A stretch of DNA of 64,000 bases from positions 103,974,001 through 104,038,000 of the forward strand of contig NC_043001.1 of assembly GCF_006345805.1 (NCBI RefSeq). The letters run 5' to 3'. Below are positions 39,002-50,322 of the stretch, one piece after another. The notes beneath the pieces are model-generated. The model made no database searches, was not told the DNA's origin, and saw nothing but the letters and a program-made list of their open reading frames with translations. Position 1 is the stretch's first letter. Each line of letters starts with the position of its first letter. Source of the DNA: Octopus sinensis (Eukaryota). A program made the translations under genes and the position numbers.

Positions 39002-39509
39002 TGTTGAAAATTATTTTCTCATTCATATAATCCAGCAATAACGGATTTTGAAATATGCGAAGTGCAAACACAGTGTCACTTGAAAATCTCTTTAAAAAAA
39101 TGAAAACATCCATAATTTCAAGTGGTTGAGTGAGTCATCCCTGAGGCGTTCTATCCCCGGGAAGTTTTCATTGTCAAGGACAAGTGAAGCTGAGAGAAAA
39201 ACAACCCTTTCAACTAGAATCGAATTTGCGCTGCTCACGGCGATGTTTACGGCGATGCTTGTTCACATCCTAAATATATAAAAACTAATACAGTAGCTTC
39301 AATGACATGAGAAATATTGAATGCTGGGATCGTAGAATCAATGTTATGAAAAAATTAACTTATAATATTTCCAGAAATGAAACATTACACACAACAATTC
39401 CCGACAAAAAACGGTAACAGAAAGCCTTGGGCCTAAGGAGGTGGGGGGATTCTGTTTTTCTGTTTCAAGTTGGGGTTTATAATCCATAAAATATGTCGGT
39501 ATATAGGTA

Positions 39510-39650
39510 CAGGCGTGACTGTGTGGTAAGAAGCTTGTTTCCCAACAACATGGTTCCGGGTTCAGGTGTCTTCTGCTATAGCCTCGAGCCAACCAAAGCA
39601 TTGCGAGTGGATTTGGTAGACGGAAACTGAAAGAAGCTCGTTGGATGTAT
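39510..39650 (+). mobile_element. CORE-type SINE S2, 5' half
   Basis: aggcgtgactgtgtggtaagaagctt...ggatttggtagacggaaactgaaagaagc. Confidence 0.8.
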
Positions 39651-39651
39651 A

Positions 39652-39863
39652 CAGTATTCATTCGCCATATTGTGGTTCACATATCGCAGTTTATTATTTA
39701 AGATTCCTCTTTAGTCTGTTTGGCATTTATTATAAAATAAATATATACAAATTATAAAAATAATAAAATAAAAATATACAGCACAGTACTGTTTCTCCTT
39801 CGTGGATTTTCACCTATCGCGGGGTCTTGGAACGTAACACCCGCGATAATCGAGGGATAGCTG
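39652..39863. mobile_element. pogo/Tigger-like MITE with TA TSD
   Basis: ta-cagtattcattcg ... cgcgataatcgagggatagctg-ta. The subterminal ggaacgtaacacccgcgata is typical of Tigger-like MITEs. Confidence 0.6.
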
Positions 39864-39869
39864 TATTCT

Positions 39870-40072
39870 TTTCTTTTATTTGCTTCAGGCATTTGACTGC
39901 GGCCATGCTGGAGCACCGCCTTTAGTCGAGCAAGTCGACCCCAAGACCTATTCTTTGTAAGCCTAGTACTTATTCTATCGTTCTCTTTTGCCGAACCGCC
40001 AGGTTACGAGGGCGTAAACACATAAGTATCGGTGGTCAAGCGATGTTGGGGGAGGCAAACACAGACACATAA

Positions 40073-40126
<54 letters not shown>

Positions 40127-40280
40127 TTATATACGACGGGCTTCTTTCAGTTTCCGTCTACCAAATCCACTCAGAAGTCCTTGGTCGGCCCGAGGCTATA
40201 GCAGAAGACACATGCCCAAGGTGCCATGCAGTGGGACTGAACCCGGAAACATGCGGTTGGTAAGCAAGCTGCTTACCACA
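39870..40280 (-). mobile_element. Full-length CORE-type SINE S2
   Basis: Ends at cacagccactcctgcgcc (head on the minus strand) and has an internal (CA)n(TA)n. Confidence 0.9.
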
Positions 40281-40553
40281 CAGCCACTCCTGCGCCTGTA
40301 TATGTGTGTGTGTGTATCCCACCACTGTTTGAAAACCGGTGTTGGTGTGTTTACGTCTCCGTGCCTTAGCGACAGAATAAGTACCAGGCCTTAAAAAAGA
40401 ATAAGTCCTGGGGTTGATTCATTCAACAGAAGTTTCTTCAAGGCGATGCTCCAGCTTGGTCGCAGTCTAGTGTCTGAAACAAATAAACCGAAGAAGATAT
40501 ATATATATCTAAAACATAGTGCTAATTTTATTATCCTTAATTGCTGCTGCCAC

Positions 40554-40833
40554 TGATGATGATGATGATGATGATGACGACGACGATGACGATGACGACG
40601 ATGATGATGATGATGACGACGACGACGACGATGACGATGATGATGATGACGATGATGATGATGATGACGATGACGATGACGATGATGATGACGACGACGA
40701 CGACGACGACGATGACGACGACGACGACGACGATGACGATGATGATGATGCTGATGATGATGACGATGACGATGACGACAATGATGATGATGACGATGAC
40801 GATGACGATGATGATGATGATGATGATGATGAC
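40554..40833. repeat. (GAT/GAC)n microsatellite, about 280 bp
   Basis: Seen directly. Confidence 0.95.
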
Positions 40834-41484
40834 TGTTAGACCTAAACCATTTGAATTATGACCAAATGCAATTCCAGCCGTGGGCGTTCTGTTTTATTTC
40901 CTGCAGATCATATTCTACATTAAGTAAGTCAAAGACTGGAATTTATAGTCTTCACTTACATTTTGATAAATATAAATATTCGTTACGGCGCCGGACAAAA
41001 TACTTTGCGGCACTTCGTCTGTCTTTACGTTCTGAGTTCAAATTCCGCCGTCGTTGACTTTGCCTTCCGTCTTTTCAGAGTCGATAAACTAAGTGCCAGT
41101 CGAGCACAGGAGTCGATATAATCCCTTCACCCAAAATTGCTGGCCTTGTGCTAATTTTTGAAACCATTATTAACATAATTAATGTATAATGTGTGCGTGT
41201 TGCAAAGGACCCGTTTGCATTTCTTCAAAGCCTCAAAAATAATAGTGTAATTAGGACCTTCCAATTTTATGACCGTAGCGTGTGATCTTAGGGGCATTTG
41301 ACTGCTATTTCTAGCAGTTTCAGCTACTGCTTAAATTTCCTTCCTTGATTAAACAGCGACGTTAAGGTTAGCAGAGAGGGAGACGAAACCCACGGGTGGG
41401 AGAGGGGACTGGATTGCAAACTTTTCCAGGTAAAATAAGGAATATTTCTTCGCACTGCACTCAGTTCATGAGCATTATGGCTTG

Positions 41485-41775
41485 GTTCTCCGTCGGTTAC
41501 GACGACGAGTGTTCCAGTTGATACGATCAACGAAAAAGCTTGCTCGTGAAATGAACGTGCTAGTGGCTGGGCACTCCACAGGCACGCGTGCCCTTAACGC
41601 AGTCTTCAAGGAGATTCAACATGACACAGACTGCGAGAAGGGTGGCCCTTTGAAGTTACAGATATAACTCATTTTTTTCACAACTGACTGGACTGGAGCA
41701 ACGTGAAATAATGTGTCTTGCTCAAGAACTCAACGTGTTGCCGGGAATTGAACTCACAACCTGACGGCCGTGAAG
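41485..41775 (-). mobile_element. SINE family S3
   Basis: ctccgtcggttacgacgacgagtgttccagttg...tgtcttgctcaagaa. Confidence 0.8.
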
Positions 41776-42139
41776 CGAATACTCTTGTCGTTACACTTTG
41801 CGCTTAACATTATAATGAGCAAATTAAGGAACCGGTATTTCGTCAATTAATGTCAAATTAAAGTGGAAGATGGAAATTTGTGCCGGAGCAGATGACTAAG
41901 AAGGGAAAATATAGAAAATGGTAAACATAATTTATGGGAAGGCGCGAAGAAATTGGTAAATAGAATGAGTAGTGAAAGAGAGAAAGGAACGAAGAAAGAA
42001 GTTAAGAAACGGTGAAGACAGATGAAAAGAAAGAGATTGGGTGTTGCCAGAGAAAATCTTCCAAGTAGAGCAGAACAGATTCTGTGAATCTAATGAGTCA
42101 GATTTTAATGGTGTGAGTCAAATTCGAGTATGCGTTGGA

Positions 42140-42386
42140 TAACAACAACAACAACAACAACAACAGTAACAGTAACAGCAGCAGCAGCAGTGCTAATAAC
42201 AAGAATAACACACCTCAGATTAGAAAAGAAAATGTCCCCTGCCAGCGGCACCGGCCCCGACTCCAACCCCGTCACCATTCACCAACGGAACAAACAAGAA
42301 CAACAACAACAAAATAATGCTGTTTACTAAAACAGCGGTGGAAGCACCGAGTTTGCGGTGGTTGATGGTTTCCTTGTTGACTCTAT

Positions 42387-42427
<41 letters not shown>

Positions 42428-42810
42428 AAGGTAAAAGAAAGAAAGATGATGATGATGCCGATGATAACAACAATGTTATCATCAATGGTGATGACGACGC
42501 AGGTGATGATGATGATGATGAGGAGGAGGAGGAGGAGGAGGAAAATAAGAAGGAGAAGAAGAAGAAAAAGAAGGGGAAGAAGAAGAAGAAAAAGAAGGGG
42601 AAGAAGAAAAAGAAAAAAGGGGAAAAAGGAAAAGAAGAAGAAGAAGAAGGAGAAGAAGGAGAAGAAGAAGAAAAAGGAAAAGGGGGAGAAGGAAAAGAAG
42701 AAGAAGTTCAACAATATTTTCATCAGCAACAGAAGTATTGTAAGAACAACAGCACAGCATCAACATCAACTGCAGCAATAAAAGCCGGAGCGCAGCAGCA
42801 GCAGCAGCAT
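42140..42810. repeat. Compound trinucleotide low-complexity tract (AAC/AGT/GAT/GAG/AAG/CAG)
   Basis: Seen directly. It explains the overlapping ORFs on both strands. Confidence 0.9.
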
Positions 42811-43150
42811 GCGAGACTGCAGCGAAATGTTTATGTAAACAGATGAGAGTTGCGAGAATGAGTAATAGTCGCAAGTAGAGCATAAAAAAGATTTAAACAA
42901 CAACAACAAAAAGGGATTGAACAAAAAATTATAAAAAAGATATGTCTAAATGAAATGATGGAACGGTTTAAATGGAATTACGTTCGACATATCGCTGTGT
43001 GACTGATTGGGAGTTTGTTTTGAAATGGAATCAAAACAGAAGCCGAAGCAACTGTATGTCTTAGGTTTTATTCTCGTTTTCTGGGAAGTTTTTGCTTTGG
43101 TAATGAGCCTGTTACTGCATGCGCGCGAAGATGTACAAGGTTTGGAGATG

Positions 43151-43532
43151 TACAAGGTCTGATCAGAAAGTATCGGGACTGTTGCTATGGAAACAGAGGT
43201 AAAGTGGGCAGAGGGAAGCTTCTTGGCACGGATCGACCTTGAGCCCTGTCGCGAGTGCACGAACAATAAGCTATAAAGTGCTATAGCAGCAGACGCTCAA
43301 AATGCCACACGGTGGGACTGAACCCAGAATCATGTGGTTGGGAAGCAAACTTCTTATCACACAGCCACATCTCTGAATTCAAAATCGTTTCCTGGTTAAC
43401 TTGGCCCTTCATCCTCCTTCAGGCGCATGGCTCAGTGGTTTGTGTGGTTTGTAGCAATACTTGGGAGTAGAGTGTGGTGAGTATGGTCGTCTCTCCACAC
43501 CACAGAGGTTCCATCAGTGACCATGGAAGAGA

Positions 43533-43563
<31 letters not shown>

Positions 43564-43846
43564 GAAAGACTTGAAGATTATTACGGCCAAGAATCTTTCC
43601 GAAAATCAAATCATACTTCAAAGGAAGAAGATTTCTTGACGTCAGGGAAATCAATGAGAATGCGACGAAGCAGTCGCTCGCAATCCTCGGAAATGAAGTT
43701 CTAAGGAATGCTTCCGTCGATGGAAATGGTGCTAGGTAAAGCGTGTGCTTTCAGAAGGAAACTACTTCAATGAAGATTCAATGCTGAATTATGTAGGTTT
43801 TCTTTTTATAGCATCAGATCCCGATACTTTTTAGTCAGACCTCGTA
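43151..43846. mobile_element. Mariner-derived non-autonomous element with TA TSD, carrying an internal insertion
   Basis: TIRs tacaaggtctgatcagaaagtatcggga and tcccgatactttttagtcagacctcgta. Confidence 0.8.
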
Positions 43847-44019
43847 TATATTTCTATATGTAAATGGATTTTTATTTGGGAGTTTCTCTGGTGTGTCTCA
43901 TTATTTCATTTGTTTTCGGTACTGAATTGTTAGGACACAGCTACTTTCACGTGTGCTGTAGATCATATCGAACCTAGTTCTTAAATGGTAATCGTTTTTA
44001 TCAAATTCTGAAGGATTTG

Positions 44020-44350
44020 TGACCCCCTTCAGTCATGAATGACCATGGGATTGCACCTAGAAAGTTACCTTCCGAAGCACAAACTCGGGCAAGGTTGTTT
44101 CATGGAAGACCAGCAGTTGCCCATGAATACCAGCCTCCCCTCTCCATGCCACTGATGTTATCCAAGGGAAAGACAAAGGGGTCGATACAGCTTGGCACTA
44201 GTGACATCGCAACTCATTTCTACAGCTGAGGAAATCGGATCAACATGAAATAAAGTGTCTTGCTCAAGAACACAACACGCAACCCGGTTCGGGGATCGAA
44301 CCCACAACCTCACGATCGTAAGCTCGACGCTCTAACCACTGAGCCATGCA
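44020..44350 (-). mobile_element. tRNA-derived SINE (same family as 28436-28765)
   Basis: Colinear along its full length and has a single tail. Confidence 0.85.
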
Positions 44351-44404
44351 TCTGAAGGATGAAGGGCCAAGTTAACCAGGAAACGATTTTAAATTCAGAG
44401 ATAC

Positions 44405-44740
44405 GGCTGTGTGATAAGAAGTTTGCTTCCCAACCACATGGTTCTGGGTTCAGTCCCACCGTGTGGCATTTTGAGCGCCTACTGCTATAGCACTAGATTA
44501 ACCAAAGCCTTGTGAGTGGATTTGGTAGAGGAAACTGAAAGAATCCTGTCGTATGTGTGTGTGTATCTCCCCCACCATTGCTTGACAACCGGTGTCGGAG
44601 TGTTTATGGCCCTGCAACTTAGAGGTTCGGCAAAAGAGAACGCTATAATACGTACCAGGGTTAGAACCAGTATAAGTGTTGTGACTAACTCATTCGACTA
44701 AACATTCCTAAATTTGGTGCCCCAGCATGACCGCTGTCTA
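44405..44740 (+). mobile_element. CORE-type SINE S2
   Basis: ggctgtgtgataagaagtttgcttcccaaccacatggttctgggttcagtccc...ccagcatgaccgc. Confidence 0.8.
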
Positions 44741-44742
44741 AT

Positions 44743-44889
44743 CTCGCAACTCATTTCTACAGCTGAGTTCACTGGAGCAACGTGAAATAAAGTGTCTTGC
44801 TCAAGAACACAACACGCATCCCGGTCCGGGAATCGAACTCACAACCTCACGATCGTAAACTCGACGCTCTAACCACTGAGCCATGCGCC

Positions 44890-44890
<1 letters not shown>
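44743..44890 (-). mobile_element. SINE head and core (S3-type)
   Basis: ...ctcgacgctctaaccactgagccatgcgcc. Confidence 0.8.
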
Positions 44891-44957
<67 letters not shown>

Positions 44958-45789
44958 TAAAAGTTAAAAAAATATACAAACTGGGACAAGAACGTGAAAC
45001 ATTTAGAAGACGACACAAAAAACACGGACGGGACATTCGAAGCCCTCAATCATTTGTAAGTGTATAGAAAACCGTGTAAAGGGGTTCCTAACCCCTCGTA
45101 GAATGGTGTAAGAATTGAATGCGAGGTTGCCTTGAAAAGAGCCATGTTATTGTTCTCATAATTGTAAGAATTTGATAGTCGTGGAAGGCGGTGTAAAACG
45201 TTCGCAGGTGAATAGGGTCTCTTCGTTTTCCACGAACGGCAGCGGATGTGCTGTTACAAAACTTCATGCTGTGTTAAAAGAGAATGGATGCCCTATGTAG
45301 GCAAGAGGGGAATGAAGCATGAGTAAGTAAATATTGGTAATTTATAAAATATAGAACAATAGCATCTACTCATCATATGTCAGACTGGCAAGACTGTAGT
45401 GGTGCTGAATAGATTAATCACAACACAGCGGTGGAGATGTTTTCCTTGATGGGCGTTATGATTAAATTTGTTGTTGTATAAAATGATCTGTTGCTTAGTT
45501 TCCAAAGTGTATGTTGCGATCGTGTTGTCTCTTATGTAAACTTGAACAGTGAGAGTGTAGATGTAGGGGGTAGATGTGTCATGTACGTTGGATATAGAAG
45601 ATGAGGGTGGTGGTTTGATGATGAATGGATAGAAATAGAGGTGAGCGAAGGACAGGTGTTGATTAAGTGTGAATTAATGTCATGAAACGCCTAAAAATGT
45701 AAATGCCATCATAAAAGAGAGTCGTATGTAAGTGAAATACTAACGTGTTCGAAAATGATGAAACGTAATCCTATAAAACCTCCTTCTAC

Positions 45790-47150
45790 ACATTGTTTTT
45801 TGTTTCGAGCAGGCAACATAAAGCTGACGATGAGTGAAACATGGCTCTCCCAAATGTATTCCCGCGACAGACAGTGTTTGACCCTGCGCTTTGTTAATTG
45901 ACATTGCGAAACATGGCCTTACTGGGAACTGGGACCTCCGAAATATGAAAGGTAGGTCTGCTCCTGATGGGAAAAGATGCATCCTAGGTATGAGCACAAC
46001 GTTGCCTCGACCGCACCCTGTGATAATGGTGGCCTCAATCAGATTGGGAGATAAGGACTTAACGATCAAACGTGTGCCATTGCATTGTTTTGGGAGAACC
46101 AAATTTCTAATGAGCATTATAGGGGCACCAACTTTAAGTTTGAGAATGTGTGGTCGTAGTCCGGGGGGCTCAAAGGAATTGAGTACCTCTATTGGATAGC
46201 TGATGACGTCCTCTGGGTCAGGAGTTGTATCGATAGACTTATATACATAAACATCCCCAGGAATGAGTTCTAGCATTTCATCATTAATATGGTGAACAGT
46301 TTTATTCCTCGGGGCCAGAATAGCCCTTTGGCCAATCTAATCCATATTCTGATAATTAGCTTGTAGATCTGGGAACACTGCATCTCTGAGATCAGAAGGC
46401 GTTTTAACAATAGTACAAATGGAATCGATGGCAATATTACCATTTTCATCCCCTGGTATTTTGCCTTCGCCAAGTGCAAGGAGGGTGTGAGAAAATGCTG
46501 CTGATGTGATATCACGTCGCATATGAGCACGCATATTGGTGTGAAGTTTGAGAGTCTTCACCAGTGGCCACAGTGTGGATGACTTAAGACACGCACTTAC
46601 TGCATCAGCTGTAGTCCCTTTGGGAATAACGGGAAGTGTTTGTCGGAAGTCCCCTGAAAGAAGAAGTGTTATGCCTCCCATGGGATCTAAAGGGTGTTTG
46701 ATGTCTCTGAGAGATCTATCTAGTGCCTCAAGAGCACGTCTGTGGGCCATCGTGCATTAATCCCAAACGATAAGCTTGCATCGTCTGAAGACTTCTGCCT
46801 GATCGGAGCTGTTACTGATGTTGCAAGTTGGTGTCTCAGTCTTCGCTAAGTCAAGCGGGAGCTTGAAAGTGGAGTGATCTGTCCTGCCGCCTGGCAACAA
46901 AGTAACCGCAATTTCAGATGATGCCACAGCTAGGAAAATGCCTTGTGTTCGCCTAATCTCAGCCAATATTAATTTGTTGACAAAAGTTTTCCCAGTGCCC
47001 CCAGGAGCGTCCAGGAAAAAAATCCCCCCAGCTTTGGCCCGGACTGAATTAACAACGGAGTTGTAAGCGAACTTCTGTTCTGGAAAGAGCTTTGGCTCAT
47101 TGTCGGCTATGTACTCGGCAAGCTCGTCAACATTAAAACATGTCTCACGC
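45790..47150 (-). pseudogene. Helitron RepHel remnant (PIF1-family helicase domain)
   Basis: FFLDAPGGTGKTF, LIVWD*, GDFRQTLPVIPKG, LHTNMR, LKVGAPIMLIRNL...CNGTRL, QFPVRPCFAMSINKAQGQTL and FTHRQLYVACS, broken by stops and frameshifts. Confidence 0.95.
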
Positions 47151-47456
47151 AGCAAATGTGAAGACAGAGTGTTTGTGCCTACACATGCCAAGTCACCACA
47201 CAGTGGGACTGGACCCAGGACCATGTGTTTGGAACGTAGTTTGTTACCACACAGCCACACCTGCTCCTATGTATGTGTGTGTGTGTGTGTGTGCGTATGT
47301 GTGTATGGGTAGATATATTATGCATGTATATATGTGTATATATATATATGTGTACATATTACATGTACATCTATATATATACATCTAGACATAAAATACA
47401 AAATACAAAGTTATATCTTGATATCGCTAGTGATAACAATACTCAAAATATATAAG

Positions 47457-47508
47457 AGACTGGAATTGTAGGCCTGCCTCTTGCAATTTCGATCAATTGG
47501 ATCTTGTC
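47457..47508 (-). ncRNA. Degenerate, 5'-truncated hammerhead motif
   Basis: GACAA-GAUC(caauu)GAUC-GAA-AUUGCA...UACAAU-U-CCAGUC. The CUGA and 5' stem I strand are missing or mutated. Confidence 0.4.
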
Positions 47509-48314
47509 CTCCCTCTTGTATAGAAGTGTACGGCTGCAGCGAAATTCATTGTTGGAGTTTCTTCTATCGAAGGCATTTTAACAAAAATGCTTCCGTAAAG
47601 ACGGTGGAAATATTGTCAATTTCCCCAAACAGGGACACAATTCAATTTTGAAACAATAACCAAAGCCCCTTCTCCGAAAGGGGGGGTTACGGTTTACAAT
47701 TATTTAACAAATGCAACACAGCAACGTTTCTCTGACGAGGAACCAACAAACGTGATTACAATAGTCAAACAGTAATAATAATAACAAAAAACCTTTTTAA
47801 TTTATCCCCATTTATGTGAAAGCACTTATTCAAGTTCAAGTCATTGATGCAATTTTATACGAATTGCTAATACACACACACACACATAATAAGGGTGAAA
47901 AATTGAATATTAATTTGATTAATATGAATTGAAAACCAGTGGTGTAGCATATAAGACCATAGCAGATCTTCCTCTAGCAAAAAGGATGACCAGTATTAAT
48001 GGCTCATCCCTGTTATATAAATAGTTTCACTTTAATAGTTTCACACATGCAAAGAGAAAGTAGGAGAAAGTATGGGGGTAATAGAAGGAGTAAACCACTT
48101 GAAATGAGAGAAGCAAATCGTAAAATATTGAGTTTTCTTGAATTTTTGCTTAATTGGGGGTCAAATTGAAAAAACTTTACATGCCATGACCCAATCGAAT
48201 CTACTTGGAAAAATCATAGGTAAATTCCAATTGAAGAAATTCTATATTGTAGAATTGTATTAAAAAGAAACATGGGAACAGGCAGAGAAAATCTGCCTTT
48301 TATCATAAGAGATA

Positions 48315-48790
48315 TATTAAGAACAATCTTACTTAGAAATGGATGCGTGCGTTCCGTCATATAATAAATTAATAAATAAATAAAACATATGCATATATAC
48401 ACACATATATGTACGTCCCTACCTCCACATGTATATATACATGCATACATGGGTACAGGACACCAAAAAAATGTCGAGCACAATGAGAAACGAAAACATA
48501 AACACAAAATCAAGGAAATGGACATTTTTCTTACACAACGAAAAAAAGAGAGAACAGGACATACAACACAAGGAAAATTCCCCTTCTTCAGTCGCCTTTG
48601 TTTCATCTACTCCACGTTTTCGAAGGTCAAGGCGATACATGACTTTAATGAAACAATCCTTCCCGCGAAAATCAAATTAAATAAGATTTGAGATTTTTTG
48701 CGGAGGGGTAAAAATGGTAACAAAAACAGGACAGTAACGACAGTACAAAATATAAACAGTAAAAGACAGGACAAGGACAATAACAGTGGA
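48315..48790 (-). mobile_element. Repeat family A (putative Penelope-like end) with permuted HHR
   Basis: Matches 529-835 and is distantly homologous to 53351-53640. Confidence 0.8.
48580..48656 (-). ncRNA. Candidate non-circularly permuted hammerhead ribozyme, copy A
   Basis: UUGUUUCAU uaaag UCAUGU A UCGCCU uga CCUUC GAAA ACGUGG aguag AUGAAACAA AGGCGA CUGAAGA A GGGG. Confidence 0.7.
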
Positions 48791-48966
48791 TTCGTTTTTT
48801 TCCTCTTTACCTACGTGTGTTGAGAGTATTACTGTCTGGCGATATCTTATGGTAGTGGAATAGTATTTAACTGTTATTTCTAAATTTCGGTGCGTGGTGA
48901 AGCAATTTTTGCTGAACCCTAGTTATAATTATGCTTATAATTATAGAATTTTTGTATATATATATA

Positions 48967-49025
<59 letters not shown>

Positions 49026-49079
49026 TTGTATGTATGTATGTATGTATGTATGTATGTATTTATCTATGTATATGTATAT

Positions 49080-49975
49080 GGTACGTTGTCTGACCGCATG
49101 AACTTTGTTTTCATGCGGTTCATCTTCAGACCTACTGCAGAACTTTTGATGTCGAGCTCCGTCAGCATGGTCTGAAGCTGATCCATGTTTTCAGCGATGA
49201 GTACGATGTCGTCAGCGAAACGGAGGTGAGTGAGGAGCTCGCCATTGATGTTGACACCACCTTGCCATTCGATGCCTCTGATGATCTGTTCGAGACATGC
49301 AGTGAAAAGTTTTGGGGATATTGTATCTCCTTGCTTCACTCCCTTCTCGAATGGTGATCGGCAGTGATGAAATAGAGGAGGTGAGAGAATATGTCTACCT
49401 GGGACATGAAGTAAATATGTGCCGGGATATCAAAAAGGAGATCTCACGGAGAGTAAGGGCCGGATGGAAGGCGTTCAATGGCATAAGGGATGTGCTCAAG
49501 GGAAGGTTGGACAGGACCACCCGCGCCAACCTCATTAACAGTGCAGTTCTGCTTGCAATGTTATATGGTAGTGAAACATGGGCTACCACAAAGAGAGAAG
49601 AGTAAAGACTGGTAACGGCTCAAAGAGCCATGGAAAGGTCAATGCTTGGTATCTCGTTGAGAGAGCACATAAATAACAAGATCATCAGAAAGAAGTCCGG
49701 CGTGAGAGATGTCATCGCAGAGTATACTCGCAGCAAGTATAGATGGGCTGGACACGTCGCCCGGCTCACCGATAATCGGTGGACGCACGCAGTTGCAGAG
49801 TGGTACCCGCGTGAGCGGAAAAGACCACCCGGAAGACCTCCACGACGGTAGAGTGACGATTTCAAGAGGACGATTGGGATCACGTGGATGAGAAAGGCGC
49901 GATCCAGAGAGGAGTGAACAGCGTGCTGTGACCAGCGGTGTCAAATGGACGCCTGACGGACTGGTCGGTCAAGGG
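49080..49975 (+). mobile_element. 5'-truncated, 5'-inverted RTE-clade LINE inserted in a TA-rich microsatellite
   Basis: Minus strand 49080-49350 encodes KGVKQGDTISPKLF...LRFADDIVL...[11 protein letters not shown]. Plus strand 49345-49955 encodes SRMVIGSDEIEEVREYVYLG...YGSETW...WAGHVAR...RPPGRPPRR. Confidence 0.95.
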
Positions 49976-49980
49976 AAAGG

Positions 49981-50226
<246 letters not shown>

Positions 50227-50258
50227 GCCTGTATAATATGTGACAATTATTCGGTTAC

Positions 50259-50322
50259 CATAATAAAACTCCGAGTTTCAGATGTCGGGGCGGAAATCTG
50301 CTCCGGCATCTCTTCAAATTGT
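50259..50322 (-). ncRNA. Variant or degenerate type I hammerhead-like motif
   Basis: UUGAAGA-GAUG...CAUC-U-GAA-ACUC-G-GAGU-U, with a C3U change, an extra U and a weak stem I. Confidence 0.4.

Noticed and set aside
44955-45056. TA-adjacent repeat end loosely resembling the 3' part of families A and B
   Set aside because: No ribozyme core is visible in this copy, so the relationship cannot be shown from the window.
47640-47745. CCGAAAG upstream of CUGACGAGG on the plus strand, a possible permuted HHR
   Set aside because: No consistent stem I or stem III partners were found, and the GAAA lies within a simple hairpin.
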